Origin: Mobula hypostoma
Taxonomy: Eukaryota
Reading direction: 5' to 3'
Length of the DNA stretch: 64,000 nucleotides
Assembly (NCBI RefSeq): GCF_963921235.1
Contig: NC_086108.1
Span: 77,874,001-77,938,000, forward strand
Made by a program: the position numbers and the translations under genes. Under the pieces are notes generated by a model. The model was given only the letters and a program-made list of their open reading frames with translations, was not told where the DNA came from and made no database searches. Positions 40,481 through 53,010 of this stretch are shown here, in pieces (position 1 is the stretch's first letter; each line of letters opens with the position of its first letter).

Positions 40481-40988
40481 GCTTTGGAACAAGTATACAA
40501 ACAGCGGAGATGTTTTTTCTCCAAATTTCACTTCAAATGCTAGCTCGTAAATGGTGAGTACATATCAAGGCAATGACTCTTATATTCCCCTTCCACCGGC
40601 ATTGCATTCTTCAGCACTTTGAAAGTGCAAGTGTTGCATTGCAAGCTGTAAATCTAGACCTGTATAATGCTGTATACTTGGTGAGATCACTACAGGGATA
40701 TATAGCAAGCTTCCGTGATCAATTTGATACTTTTGAGACCCAGGCTAAAACTATGTCTCCAACAGTCTCACAAGTGTACAAAGAAGACACCCAACGAAAA
40801 AGAAAACGTAAGGCCTTCCTGGGTGAATCCACAACACCTGATGTTGGCTTGTCAGCCAGAGAAAACTTTTCAGCTACTGTTTTTTTTTGGTCATGATGGA
40901 TAGATTACTTGCAGAAATTGATTGCAGATTTGCATCATATAATGACCTTAACAACACATTTGGCATCCTAAACAATATCCCTTCTCTC

Positions 40989-41491
40989 TAGGTTTGCCAA
41001 CTGTCCCATATTTGCTGGGACATCCCGTATATTGGGCTAAATTGGTTTGTCCCATACGGGACAGCCCTTGTCCCGTATTTCCCCCGCTAAGGTAGAGCAT
41101 TCCTATGAAAACTTTTGTGCGGAAATGGCATAAAGCGAAGAAGCAATTACCATTAATTTATATGGGAAAAATTTTTGAGCGTTCCCAGACCCAAAAAATT
41201 ACTTACCAAATTATACCAAATAACACATAAAACCTAAAATAACACTAATATATAGTAAAAGCAGGAATGATATGATAAATACACAGCCTATATAAAATAG
41301 AAATAATGTAAGTACAGTGTAGTCGGGAAGATTAAACCAAAACCGATTTGTGGGGAAAAAATTGGCACGTACATGCATGCGCACACAAGTGCCCGCGCAA
41401 GGCTTCGCAGTCATGATCGTCTTTCACAAGTGTCCCGTATTTGACTACTACTTTTGTTCCTTATTTGGGAGTGAGAAAGTTAGCAACTCTA
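40989..41491. mobile_element. hAT MITE
   Basis: TIRs taggtttgccaact / agttagcaactcta; perfect 8-bp TSD cttctctc. Confidence 0.88.
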
Positions 41492-43290
41492 CTTCTCTCT
41501 CTGATCTCCAAAGCAGATATTCAGCTGACCTGGAGTTAGACTTTGTGGAGGAGGTTGTCCATTTCAGGGAATTTGTAAGTGGCAAATATATTTCATCCGC
41601 AACAGGGCTTTTATGCTTCCTCAGAGAAAAAAAACTTGCAGGTCATCTTCCCAAATTTAAGCATTGCTTTGAGGCTTTACCTGACTCTCCCTGTCACAAG
41701 TGCAAGTGGTGAGCAATCTTTCGCCAAGCTCAAGCTGGTGAAGAATAGGCTTAGATCCACAATGGGACAGGACAGGCTGAATCATCTTACTCTGATGTCA
41801 CTTGAAAGTGATCTTGTTCAGAAACTGGATTTTAGTGATCTGATCAAGGACTTTGCGGCGAAGAAATCCAGAGGAACTAGGCTTAATTTTGAAAAACAAG
41901 CATCTGACTTTGTAAATATCTAGGCTTGTGTGTCAGTGCTGTTCCTGTTTTTGTGGCAATATGCTAATAGTTGACTGTTCACAAACCTAGTAAGTAATAA
42001 GTGGTCTTTACTCTGCAAGCCACACAGCACAGCAATAGGTTAGTATGTGCTAGATCTCATTTTTCAAAAAGATTGTTGAGTATCGTCAAGCTTCCTAGTT
42101 TGCCATAGTGCCATCTCTCTTGGCCTTTTTGTCTCTCATTTCCATATTAGAACACACGGTTGAGAAAAATACCTAGATAAAAATGCTTTGGCATTGTTTG
42201 AGAAATAAGGCCTATGGTATGTGCGGCAATAGCTAAATAAAGATTTAAGATTGGGTACATCATACTTTGTCTCCCTCATAACTTTACTAAGCCAACTAAG
42301 CCTAGGTCGATTTTTGAGTGCTTTAGATGCTGTCCTTCAAACTAAGAATCTGCATTACTTTTTGTCCTCCCTCTTAAGGCCTGCAAGTTTATAGCCTACG
42401 TATTGTACTAAACCAATGCCTTGGTCCACAGCTTTGATATTTAGACCGGTATGACCTTTGCTCTTGTTCTTGCATTTTTTTGCTTGATACAGCAGCATTT
42501 TAGGGTGTCGGCAGGGGCCCATCAGGGCCTCCAGCCCAGGGGCCCTGACCCCATTAAATCTGGCCCTGATGGCCAGGGTTACCCATCCAGTATGGACGCT
42601 GCAACTGAACAAGGCAATGGGAAACCACTTCAGTATTCCTCCCTTGTACAATAATGAACTACAACTGGAAAGCTGGAAGGAAAAAGAAGCAGAGGCTGAC
42701 AGAGAATGAAAATGATAGATGGAATAATATCATGGTTAGAAACAGGGGAGGCAACAACTACCATTCAGAGGATCAGGAACCGTGATGGATGGAGAGACAT
42801 GATCACCCATGCCGAACGGCAAGGCACCTGAATGAATCTGCACGCTGTTGATGAAAAATCTGATCATGGTGAAATACAGGAGTATGTAGCCTTGAGATTT
42901 ATAGTGTAAAAATTAGCAATCGACAAGCAATATGACTAATGCCAGAAGTGAACGGCAAATTAATTAAAATGGAATTGGGCACGGATTAAGCTGGTTCAAT
43001 CTTTTCACAAAATGAGTTTGAACAGAATTTCAAAGATACTAAACTGAAGCCTGCAGATATCCAACTACAAACTTATTCTAGAGAAAAGATAACTCCTGTG
43101 CGAATGACACAGTGAAGTGCAACAACCGTCAAGCCACATTGAGCTTGTACGAGGTAAAAACAGGAGGACTAGCATTGTGGGAGGTTGATTGGCTGAAACA
43201 ACAACAACTTGATTGGAGAACCATTCACCATTTGCATCCCCTGCAATGAAGCCAACTGAAAGCAAAGTAAGAAATGTACTGTATGATGCC

Positions 43291-43898
43291 ACAACTGTTT
43301 CCACACCAAACACCCTGAGCATTGTTCAACAGAGGGAAAACTGGCATTGGTACCAGCCTTTGTGGCTACTGGTTGGAAAGCTTATTGACCAAGGAAGGAC
43401 TGTGCTGCTCAGAGGAATATTGAGTGACAAAAGCAGTGGTCCAAATACAACAGCTTTTGTAGGCAAAGTATCTGAGAAGACTTCTGATATGTTAATTAGG
43501 CAGTTACTTGTGAAATACGGCTTGGTGTTAAGCTGGAAGCAAATTCAAGGAGCTTCAAGGAAGTTACCAGTATTCGGCTTTTGTGAGTAGAAAGATCCAG
43601 AACCTACTCTGCGTGCATTAAGGTTATTGCATGAACCTCAAGTGGGAGGCAAAAAGCTGCTTGTCAAAGTAGATGCAAAGACCAAAGCCTTGCTGGATGA
43701 ATGGAAGGCCAAAAGGAAAGGAGTCAATGGAGATATGAAAACAGAGGATTTGTCAGATGACATTGTGGATGAGGAAACCAAGAGGAGAGATCAGATTGTA
43801 AAGGCAGCAATAGAAGAATTAAGAAGAGAATACTCCAGTGAACTAAATGCATCTCCCCAAGATCAAGATGCACAAATTAGAAGAAGAAAAAGAAAGAA
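43291..43898 (+). pseudogene. RBM25: Processed fragment of RNA-binding protein 25 (RRM and following charged region)
   Basis: GPNTTAFVGKVSEKTSDMLIRQLLVKYGLVLSWKQIQGASRKLPVFGFCE*KDPEPTLRALRLLHEPQVGGKKLLVKVDAKTKALLDEWKAK...DEETKRRDQIVKAAIEELRREYSSELNA matches recalled vertebrate RBM25; no introns; in-frame stop at 43588-43590. Confidence 0.92.
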
Positions 43899-44649
43899 CG
43901 GTGTCCAGAGCTGTCAGAACCACTTCCGACAGTCTCAGAGTCAACTCCTACCTCCTACAACCACCACAGAGGAGGCCCCAGAACTGGAGATTGTTTCACA
44001 GCCACAAGTCTCACCTGTCACCCAGAGTGATCCCCTTTGCCTGGGAAGACGTAATCCCACAGGAGTAGGAAATCCTCCACAGGCCTGAATGGAGCAAATT
44101 AAACTTACGATGTCTATATACAATAGGTGTATGAAATAATATAGTGTGTATACAGTTGAAGAGCATTCATTTATAGCTAAGCAGGGAGGAGCATTTTATA
44201 TTTAACATTTCAAAAGTAGTTGAGTAACCTTGTATATGAATTTGTTGATTAAGTATTCTTGTTCATTTAAATAATTAATTATGGGTTGTATGTAAAAACA
44301 CGTTAATTGCATACATCATCACACTACCATGTGATACATGCATACCTTGCAGAAAATAAACTCAAAGTTAAACCGCCTTTTCAGACTCTCGTCTTCATTT
44401 GAATTAGTTTAATGTTTCGAAGTTACAAAACATAACAAATTGGAACTCGTGCATAAAACGCAAAGACATTTCACAAAACGTGCACAGAATGTGCAGCCAG
44501 CATCAATTCCAAATCGGCCACTTTATTATTAGTATCTACTGTAACTGAGCAGGCTCTTCCCAGTGTGCTTGTACTAAAGATTTTCTATATCCAGCTGACT
44601 CCTGTGACCCATAACCACGGGAGTGAGCTGAAGTAAGAAATAAAACTTC

Positions 44650-45355
44650 CCAGAAATGCAGGCCAACATTCCATGCAGTAGTGAGGAAGGCAAATGCAAT
44701 GTTGGCATTCATTTTGAGAGGAATAGAATACAGTATACTGTAAAAGTAAGGATGTAATGCTGAGATTTTATAAGGCATTGGTCAGAACATACCTGGAGTA
44801 TTGTGAGTAGCTTAGACCCCATATCCAAGAAAGAATTGGAAGAAGCCCCAGAGGAGGTTTACAAGAATGATAAACGAAATAAAAAGGTTAATTTCTGAGG
44901 AGCATATGATGACCTTGCAACTATACTCTCTGGAGTTTAGAAAGATGAGAATGTTGGGAGGGGAGTATCTTATTGAAACCTACCAATTTATTGAAATGAC
45001 TCCATAGAGTGGTCATTGAAAGGATATTTCAAATAGTGGTGGGATCTAGAACCAGAGGGCCCAGCCTCTAAATAGAAAGATGTCCCTTTAGAACAGGGAT
45101 GAGGAGGAATTTCGTTCTCCAGAGGGTGATGAATCTGTGGAATTCACAGCCACAGATGTCTGCGGAGGCCAAGTCATTTGGTATGTTTAAAATGGAAGTT
45201 GATAGGTTCTTAATTAGTAAGGGCATCAAAGATTACAGGGAGAAGGCAGGAGAATAAGGTTGAAAGGTAAAATAAATCAGCCATGATCAAATGGCAGAGC
45301 AGACCTGATGGGTTGAATGGCCTAATTCTGTTCCTATGTCCTATAATCTTACAGT
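44650..45355 (+). mobile_element. CR1 3' fragment
   Basis: Homologous to 10200-10740 and 50800-51470. Confidence 0.85.
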
Positions 45356-45547
45356 CATGCACTTAGCTCTCTCTAGAGGTTCTCACTGACAACCCCAAGC
45401 TTTTCAATCCTAGTAGAGCTTCCCACTCCTTTATTGCTCAGGGAAGGAGGATAACCCAAAAGCTTTTCTGGTAGTCATGCCAATGTTTCTAGTTAGCTCA
45501 CCTGATGTACACATGATGTACACGTCCTCAGGAGACCATGTTACTAT

Positions 45548-46375
45548 GTCAGAATCAGAATCAAGTTTATTATTGTTGTTTTGAGGCAGCAGTATGGTGC
45601 AAGGCATAAACACAATACTATAAGTTACAATATTACTTGGCCAAGTGGCCAAGTGGTTAAGGCATTGGACTAGCCACTTGAAGGTTGTGAGTTCGAGCCC
45701 CAGCCGAGGGAACACGTTGTGTCCTTCAGCAAGGCACTTAATCACACATTGCTCTGCGACGACACAGGTGCCAAGCTGTATGGGTCCTAATGCCCTTCCC
45801 TTGGACAACATTGGTGTCATGGAGAGGGGAGACTTGCAGCATGGGCAACTGCTGGTCTTCCATACAACCTTGTCCAGGCCTGCGCCCTGGAGAGTGAAGA
45901 CTTTGCAGGCGCAAATCCATGGTCTCGCAGGACTAACGGATGCCTTAAAGTTACAATAAAAAATGAAAATACAAGAAGTATAGTGAGGTAGTTCTTGAGT
46001 TCATGGACCATTGGCAGAGGGGAAGGAGCTGTTCCTAAAATGCTGAGTGTGTGTCTTCAGGCTCCTGTGTCCCCCCCCCCCCACCCCCGATGATGGTAAT
46101 GAGAAGAGGGCATGACCCAGATGGTGAGGGTCTTGTGGCACCACCTTTAGAAGATGTCCTTGATGGTGGGGAGGCTTGTGTCCATGATTGAGCTGGTGGA
46201 GTCCAACCCACTGCAGCCTCTTTCAATCTTCCGTGCAGAGATGTACAGAATGCTCTGTGCTGTACATCTGGAGAAATTTGCTAGTATTTGGAGGCATGCT
46301 AAATCTTTTCAAATCCCATATTAAGTATAGCTGCTGGCATGCCTTCTTTGTGATTGCGTCAGTATGTTGGGCCAT
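45548..46375 (-). mobile_element. Rex/Babar 3' fragment containing a SINE
   Basis: HTDAITKKACQQLY; (tctgat)n tail. Confidence 0.7.
45633..45947 (+). mobile_element. Full-length tRNA-CORE SINE
   Basis: Box A tggccaagtggttaaggc; box B gagttcgagcc; 11-bp TSD aagttacaata (45622-45632/45948-45958). Confidence 0.9.
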
Positions 46376-48724
46376 ATTTTGGCGTATCTGAAGATATGAA
46401 TCTTGGCAGACAAGGGCTACCCACTCTTTCATTGGTTCCTTACAGCAACTTGAACACTTACCAAAGCTGCAGAGCCCTGTTACCTGAAGAGGCAGACAAG
46501 TATCAGAATTTTTAAGGGAAGTACTATAGATGTTGTAAAAACAAGACTCTAGTGCCTACATCAGTCCTTCACAGCTGTAGTGTATGCCCAGCGTATGCAG
46601 AGACCTCATCCACATGTGCTTTATGTGAGTGGAGAGGAGTGCTTGATACAGGCTGGGTATATACTAATGACAGAGAGGAATGCAGACTGATAGAGGAGTA
46701 TATAGGGGCATATAAACCACAGTCAAGGTTGCCAAGCGTATTTGTTGAGTTGTCCATGTTATAAAATACTAGTCATCACTGTTGCAAAGCGGAGAGTTAA
46801 GATAGAAAGAGCAGCAACCCCTCAGCTCGGAAGATTTGTGTTCCATCTCTGGAGACAGTGAGCTGGGAGGCTAGATATACCAGCATTCGACCTCTAGCTC
46901 ACTTACCTCTCACAAAGAGATATACGGGCATAAAAGTCAAAGAGTAATTCCCCAGGAAGAGGACCTCACTGCAGAACAACCCAGCACAAATGAAAGACAT
47001 TTTGGCATACATTGAATTTAAAAGTGAATGAAGAATTTCTCAATGCATTACTTAAATGGCCAATCCACCTCCTGCAACTGGTTTAGTTGCTTGCTCCTCG
47101 TCAAATGGTCACGTTCATGAAGCCGCGTTCCTTATTCAGGCTCTTTTGCCTATGCATTTGTCTTTAGGAGGTAAAATTCTGTCCATTTAATTTCTAGCTA
47201 AATAAATCCAATGAAAATCTCCAAAACCCAAGAACCTGTGGTTTGGTGCCACGTTAACCATGTTTTAAAAGAGAAAATCCTAACATTAGTCCTGGTCATA
47301 ATTCTGAAACACCAAGAGTTATTATATCCAGGCTGACAACCAACCTACCAGATTTTCCTCAGTGGATATTCCTCTGGCCAGTGTTTCCAATCTATGACTT
47401 TAAATTCACAATAAAGCTTTAATTACATCACAGGTCCATTTATTTTTCTTAATGAGGCACCCAACTGATCTAATTGTTTTATATTTCTTAATGAGGCACC
47501 CGACTGTTCAGAAGATTATGCTTTGAGTTGCCTGGCGTACATAATCCATGGATCAGAAGCATCCATGAGGACAGTAATCACTGGAGAGAAGCAGACAATG
47601 AGCTTTGTGCCAGGATATATACGCATCACAGGATCCAATAGAAATCATGTCTCTGTTTATTAGAAAAATTATTTTGTAAAATAACACCTGGTTTCAGGCT
47701 GGTAATATTCTCAGACATTACCTATTTATCACTTGGATGTCCTCTTCTGCTTTCAGTATTTTCGGAATATAGGTTACATTTGATCTAAAATAAAAAAAAT
47801 AAAGATGCATTTGTTATCATTTTAATGGATGAGCCTTTTAATCAATTATTAGATCACGATACTTTTATGTTTGCTCTCTGCTAATATACAGAATTCTAAA
47901 TAAAAGATACCTGCAATTTCAGTGATCGCTTTCACTACTCAAAACACCAGGTCTGATTCAGACCTCTCCCTCAATGTGGGAGATTCAAAGGCCAAGTTAC
48001 ATCTTTCCTCGAAAAGGGAGCCAAGAGAAGAAATGTTCCTACAGGAAGTTCCTTAAGATGAGCTTGTAGAGAGGCAGGGATTACTTTTTGAAATAGTGTA
48101 AATTATAATAAATAAACCACAGAATTTTTCTAGATATGAAAATATTGCATGATCTCTCCCCTTAAAGATAAAATCTAACCTAGAATATTTGACTGATCTC
48201 AAATAATTAAATACTGTATACATTGCTTTGTACAGAGTTTTGGATATGTTAATTTAGAAGTACCATATCAGATGATGAGGATTCTTTGGATTAAATGTCA
48301 AGTTAAATCATTGCATGGTTTACCAGAAGTTTATAGATCTCACATACATTGGATTTCTTGCACTTCGTAATTCCATTCTAGCAGGTCATAAGCCTGGGAA
48401 AGGTAATTGAACAAAAACAGTACTTTGAGAAGAAAATGTGGTAACCAATTAATTCCCATTTCCAGTCTATTATCTCTCAAGAGTATTATTTATGAGCTGA
48501 ATCATGTTGAAACAATATTTCAATGACTGATGGAGCAGTAAACTCAGTTGATTAAATAACACTAATGCAATGAATTACTATACTGTATATCCAACATCTG
48601 TGACCCATTAGAGACTATAGCACAAGCAGCACTCTGTGTTAAACTAAAGATTAAAATATTGTTATGTAACCAAGTGAGAACTACAGTTCTTTCAGAGAGT
48701 GTTTCAATTTGAAAGAAAATTCCA

Positions 48725-50060
48725 AGATTCAAGATTGTTTAATGTCATTTCCACTGCACAGAATAAAGGAAAAGAAAATAACTGTTACTCCAGATCTGAT
48801 GCAGCACAAAAAAAAATTAAAACACGATAAATACAAATACGTGAAATAGCTTATGTACATAAATTGATTGTATGTACATAAAGAGATGCCAGGTACAGAA
48901 GTGTCTGTACATAAAGTAACTGACAGGAAATAATAAAGCAGTGGTGGTGGGGTGGGCCAGTGGTTGAAGATGTTGATCAGCCTTACAGCTTGGGGAAAGT
49001 GATCGAATCTTCTTGACCAGCCTCCCATGTGGGTCTTTGTCAAAGGGCTTGCTGAAGTCCATGTAGAGAACATCCACTGCATTGCCTTCATTAACATTCC
49101 CGGTAACCTCCTCAAAAAACTCTATAAGATTGGCTGGAGACAACCTACCACGCACAAAGCCATGTTGACTATCCCTCAGTAGGCCTTGTCTATCCAAGTA
49201 CTTATATATCCTGTCCTTTAAAATACCTTCCAATAATTTAGCCACTACTAATGCCAGACTCACCGGCCTATAAAGTCCTGTCATATTCATAGAGCCTAAT
49301 ACAAATACAAATAAGTATGATGTGATGCATTTTGAAATCACGTACCCGCTTAGGACTTAGGGCATGAGGGAGTGTAATGAAATAGATGGACCTAGGAATA
49401 AAAGTGCATAGTTCATTGAAAGTGAGCTTTATGCCAGGTAAACAAGTTGGTGAAAAAGGTGTTAGCAGGCCTTCATCTGTCAGTCCACTGAGTATAAGAG
49501 ATAGGATATGATGTTGCTTTTGGATAAGTTGTTAAAGAGGCTGCTTTTGGAGTACTGTGTACAGATTTGGTTATCCCGGTATAAGAAAGATAAAGCTAAA
49601 CTGGAAAGAGTGCAGAAAAGATTTACAAGCAAGTTGCTAGGACGAGAGGGCCTGAGTTAGAGGAAAGGTTGGCTAGGTTAGGTCTTTAATTCTATGAAAC
49701 TTTAAAAATGAGGGATGACATCGTAGAACTTTTAAAAAATATGAAAGGCATAAATAAGATGAATGGTAACAATCTTATCCCCAGGACAGTGAAGGTCAAA
49801 ACTAGGTGGCATAGGTTTAGGGTGAGATGGGATTTAAAGGGACCTGATTTCAGCTTTTCATGGTGAGTATTTGGAATGAGCTGTCGAAGTAAGTGGCTGC
49901 AGCAAGTACAATAGAACCATTTCTGGACCGGTACAAGGAGGGACAGGGCTGAGGAAGATTTGAGCCAAACACAGGAAGTAGGGACTAGCTAGGTGGGTGC
50001 CATAGTTATCACAGAATGTTTGGGCCATGTTTGTCCATGTTGAATTGCTCTATGACTCAA
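48725..50060. mobile_element. Rex 3' end (-), then CR1 RT (-, about 49005-49280) and CR1 3' part (+, about 49290-50060)
   Basis: YRPVSLALVVAKLLE, QHGFVRGR, DFSKPFDK on the minus strand; CR1 3' UTR on the plus strand. Confidence 0.75.
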
Positions 50061-50389
50061 TGGCATTCTTAGAAACATCCATTTGCCATATACGTATGTC
50101 ATATACCTATGAATGGGAGCACCTACTGAACACAAGTAAGGTGTTGGCCTTTAGGTTTGAAGGAAATAAATGTTATACCAATGGAACTATTGAGTGTTAG
50201 AAGTAATAAATGACATGGTATGAGAAAATGAATTGAGGATGCTTTATTGGTTCAAGGTGTAATTGAACATAATTTGTCACTTCTATTGTAGATGAATCTA
50301 AGGTTTATCTTCCCTAAACAGTCAATATTTATTTTTATTTACTCTTGGGCTTCAATTTGTCCAAGAAACATAGCTCCTGGGCAGAAACT

Positions 50390-51650
50390 CTAAGGAGAGG
50401 TTGGATTATTTCCTTGCAAAGTCAGAACTGAGAGAAGACCTGTTAGAAATATATAAAATTATGGAAGGTTTAGATAGGGTAGATAGATTTATTTAGATAA
50501 TTTCCCCAGGGTGGATTTATGAAATACTGGTGAGGAATAGCTTATGCCTTCTAGTATAGCATAGGGAGGGGGAAAGTTTACAGTAGATTTGCAAGGCAAG
50601 TCTTTGACACAGGGAGTTGTAGGTGCCTGGATTGCACTGCTAGAGGAAATGTTGGAAAATGCATGGTCATGCACTTTGGTAGTAGAAATAAATATGCAGA
50701 CCATTTTCTAAATGGGGAGAAAATCAAGGAATCTGAGATACAGAGGGACTTGGGAGTCCTTGTGCAGAACACCCTGAAGGTTAACTTGCAGGTTGAGTCG
50801 GTGGTGAGAAAGGCAAATGCCATATTAGCATTCATTTCAAGAGGTCTAGAATACAAGAGCAAGGATGTGATGCTGAGGCTTTATAAGGCACTGGTGAGGC
50901 CTCACCTTGAGTATTGTGAACAGATTTGGGCTCCTCATCCTAATAAAGATGTGCTGGCATTGGAGAGGGTCCAGAGGTTCACAAGGATGATTCCAGGAAT
51001 GAAAGGGTTATCGTACGAGGAACACTTGATGGCTCTGGGTCTGTACTCGCTGGAACTTAGAAGGATGAAGGGGGATCTCATTGAAACCTTTTGAATGTTG
51101 AAAGGCCCAGACAGAGTAGATATGGTATGGATGTTTCCCATGGTGGGAGAGTCTAGGACAAGAGGGCACAGCCTCAGGATAGAGGGGCGCCCTTTCAAAA
51201 TAGAGATGTGAAGAAATTTCTTTAGCCAAAGTGTGGTGAATTTGTGAAATTTGTTACCACGTGCAGCTGTGGAGGCCAGATCGTTGCTGGGTGTATTTAA
51301 GGCAGAGATTGATAGGATCTTGATTGGACATGGCATCAACGGTTACGGGGAGAAGGCCGGGAACTGGCGTTGAGGAGGAGATAGAGAAAAAGATCAGCCA
51401 TGATTGAATGGCGGAACAGACTCAATGGGCCAGATGGCCTAATTTTGCTCCTATGTCTTATGGTTTTATGGTCCAAGTGGTAGAAGCAGATATGACAGCA
51501 ACATTTAAGAAGCATTTGGATAGGCACATGGAATGTAGGAACATGGCCCATGTGCAAGCAGGTGAAATTATTTAGACTGGAATCATGATCAGCATAGATA
51601 TGGTCAACTGATGGACCTGTGTTGTACTATACTGTACTGTTCTATGTCAG
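50390..51650 (+). mobile_element. Younger CR1 3' fragment (about 50648-51472) nested in an older CR1 3' end
   Basis: LYKALVRPHLEYC ORF; older CR1 rejoins across it. Confidence 0.85.
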
Positions 51651-53010
51651 AATCAGAATTGGAAACAGAATCAGGTTTATTATTATTGTCGTGAGAGTTG
51701 TTAACTTAGCAGCAGTAGTTCAACGCAATGCATAATATAGAAGAAGAAAATGATAATAATAATAATAAAATAAATAAGTAAATCAATTACAGTATATGTA
51801 TATTGAATAGATTAAAAATTGTGCGAAAACAGAAATAATATATATTACAAAAGTGAGGTAGTGTTCATGGGTTCAATGTCCATTTAGGAATCAGTTGGCA
51901 GTGGGGAAGAAGCTGTTCCTGAATCACTGAGTGTGCGCCTTCAGGCTTCTGTACCTCCTGGAACTAGGGGACATAGCCTCAAGATTCGGGGGAATAGACG
52001 TAGGATGAAGATGAGGTAGAACTACTTTTCCCAGAGAGTGGTGAATCTGTGGAATTCGCTGCCCAATAAAGCAGTGGAGGCTACCTTGGTAAGTGTATTT
52101 AAGACAATGTTGGATAGATGTTTGCATAGTAGGGAAATTAAAGGTTATGGTGAACAGGCAGGTAGGTGGAGATGAGTCCATGGCCAGATCAACCATGATC
52201 CTATTGAATGGTGCAGCAGGCTCAACGGGCCAGATGGCCTACTCCTGCCCCTATTTCTTATGTTCTTATGTCCTACCTGATGGTAACAATGAGACAAGGG
52301 CATGCCCTGGGTGCTGGGGGTCCTTAATAATGGACATTGTCTTTCTGAGTCATCACTCCTTGAGGATGTCCTGGTACTTTGTAGGCTAGAGCCAAGATAG
52401 AGCTGACTAAATCTGCGGCTTCTTTCGGTCCTGTGCCCACCCCCCATACCAGACAGTGATGCAGCCTGTCAGAATGCTGTCCACGGTACATCTATAGAAG
52501 TTTTTGAGTGTATTTGTTGACATACCAAATTTCTTCAAACTCCTAATGAAGCAGAGTCACTGTCTTGCCTTCTTTATAGCTGCAGCATTATGTTGGAACC
52601 AGATTAAGTCCTCAGAGATCTTGACACCGAGGAACTTGAAACTTCTGATCCCTCTATGAGGATTAGTATGTGTTCCTTCATCTTACCCTTCCTGAATTCC
52701 ACAATCAGCTCTTTCATCTTACTGACGTTGAGTGAAAGGTTGTTGTTGTGACACCACTCCACTAGTTGGCATATCTCACTCCTGTACACCCTCTCGTCTC
52801 CATCTGAGATTCTACCAACAATGGTTGTATCATCAGCAAATTTATAGATCATTTTTGAGCTATGCCTAGCCACACAGTCACAGATATAGAGAGAGTAGAG
52901 CAGTGGGCTAAGCACACGCCCGTGAGGTGCACCAGTGTTGATCGTCAGCGAGGATGAGATATCATCACCAATCCGCACAGATTGTGGTCTTTTGGTTAGA
53001 AGGATCCATT
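51650..53010 (-). mobile_element. Rex/Babar LINE RT and 3' end with a CR1 3' insertion (about 51960-52272)
   Basis: TGAPHGRVLSPLLYSLY...KFADDTTIVG. Confidence 0.85.

Larger units (their letters stand above)
39497..42568 (+). mobile_element. hAT (ZMYM1/Tip100-like) transposon, internally deleted
   Basis: TIRs cagggctggacttta / taaatctggccctg; TSD atggctag/atggccag; LTLPVTSASGEQSFAKLKLVKNRLRSTMGQDRL. Confidence 0.88.
39257..42834 (+). mobile_element. RTE-related non-autonomous element inserted in gag, split by a hAT
   Basis: TSD aatctg (39251-39256/42835-42840); RTE 3' end; host rejoins as at 15127-15150. Confidence 0.7.
38051..44437 (+). mobile_element. Mag-like Gypsy element with both LTRs (38051-38279, 44192-44437) and pol core replaced by captured RBM25 sequence
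   Basis: 5-bp TSD aattg (38046-38050/44438-44442); PBS ttggcgacaag at 38280; PPT agggaggag at about 44183-44191; gag with CCHC knuckles; protease remnant at about 42930-43210. Confidence 0.92.

Noticed and set aside
43213..44088. Functional RBM25 locus
   Set aside because: It is partial, intronless, has an in-frame stop and is embedded in an LTR element.
45638..45710. tRNA gene
   Set aside because: It is the tRNA-like head of a multi-copy SINE with a TSD.
46690..46782. C/D snoRNA on the minus strand (GTGATGA box C)
   Set aside because: No properly placed CTGA box D or terminal stem.
47445..47506. 23-bp direct repeat pair as a CRISPR-like array
   Set aside because: Only two copies with a 16-bp gap in eukaryotic DNA; a local duplication.
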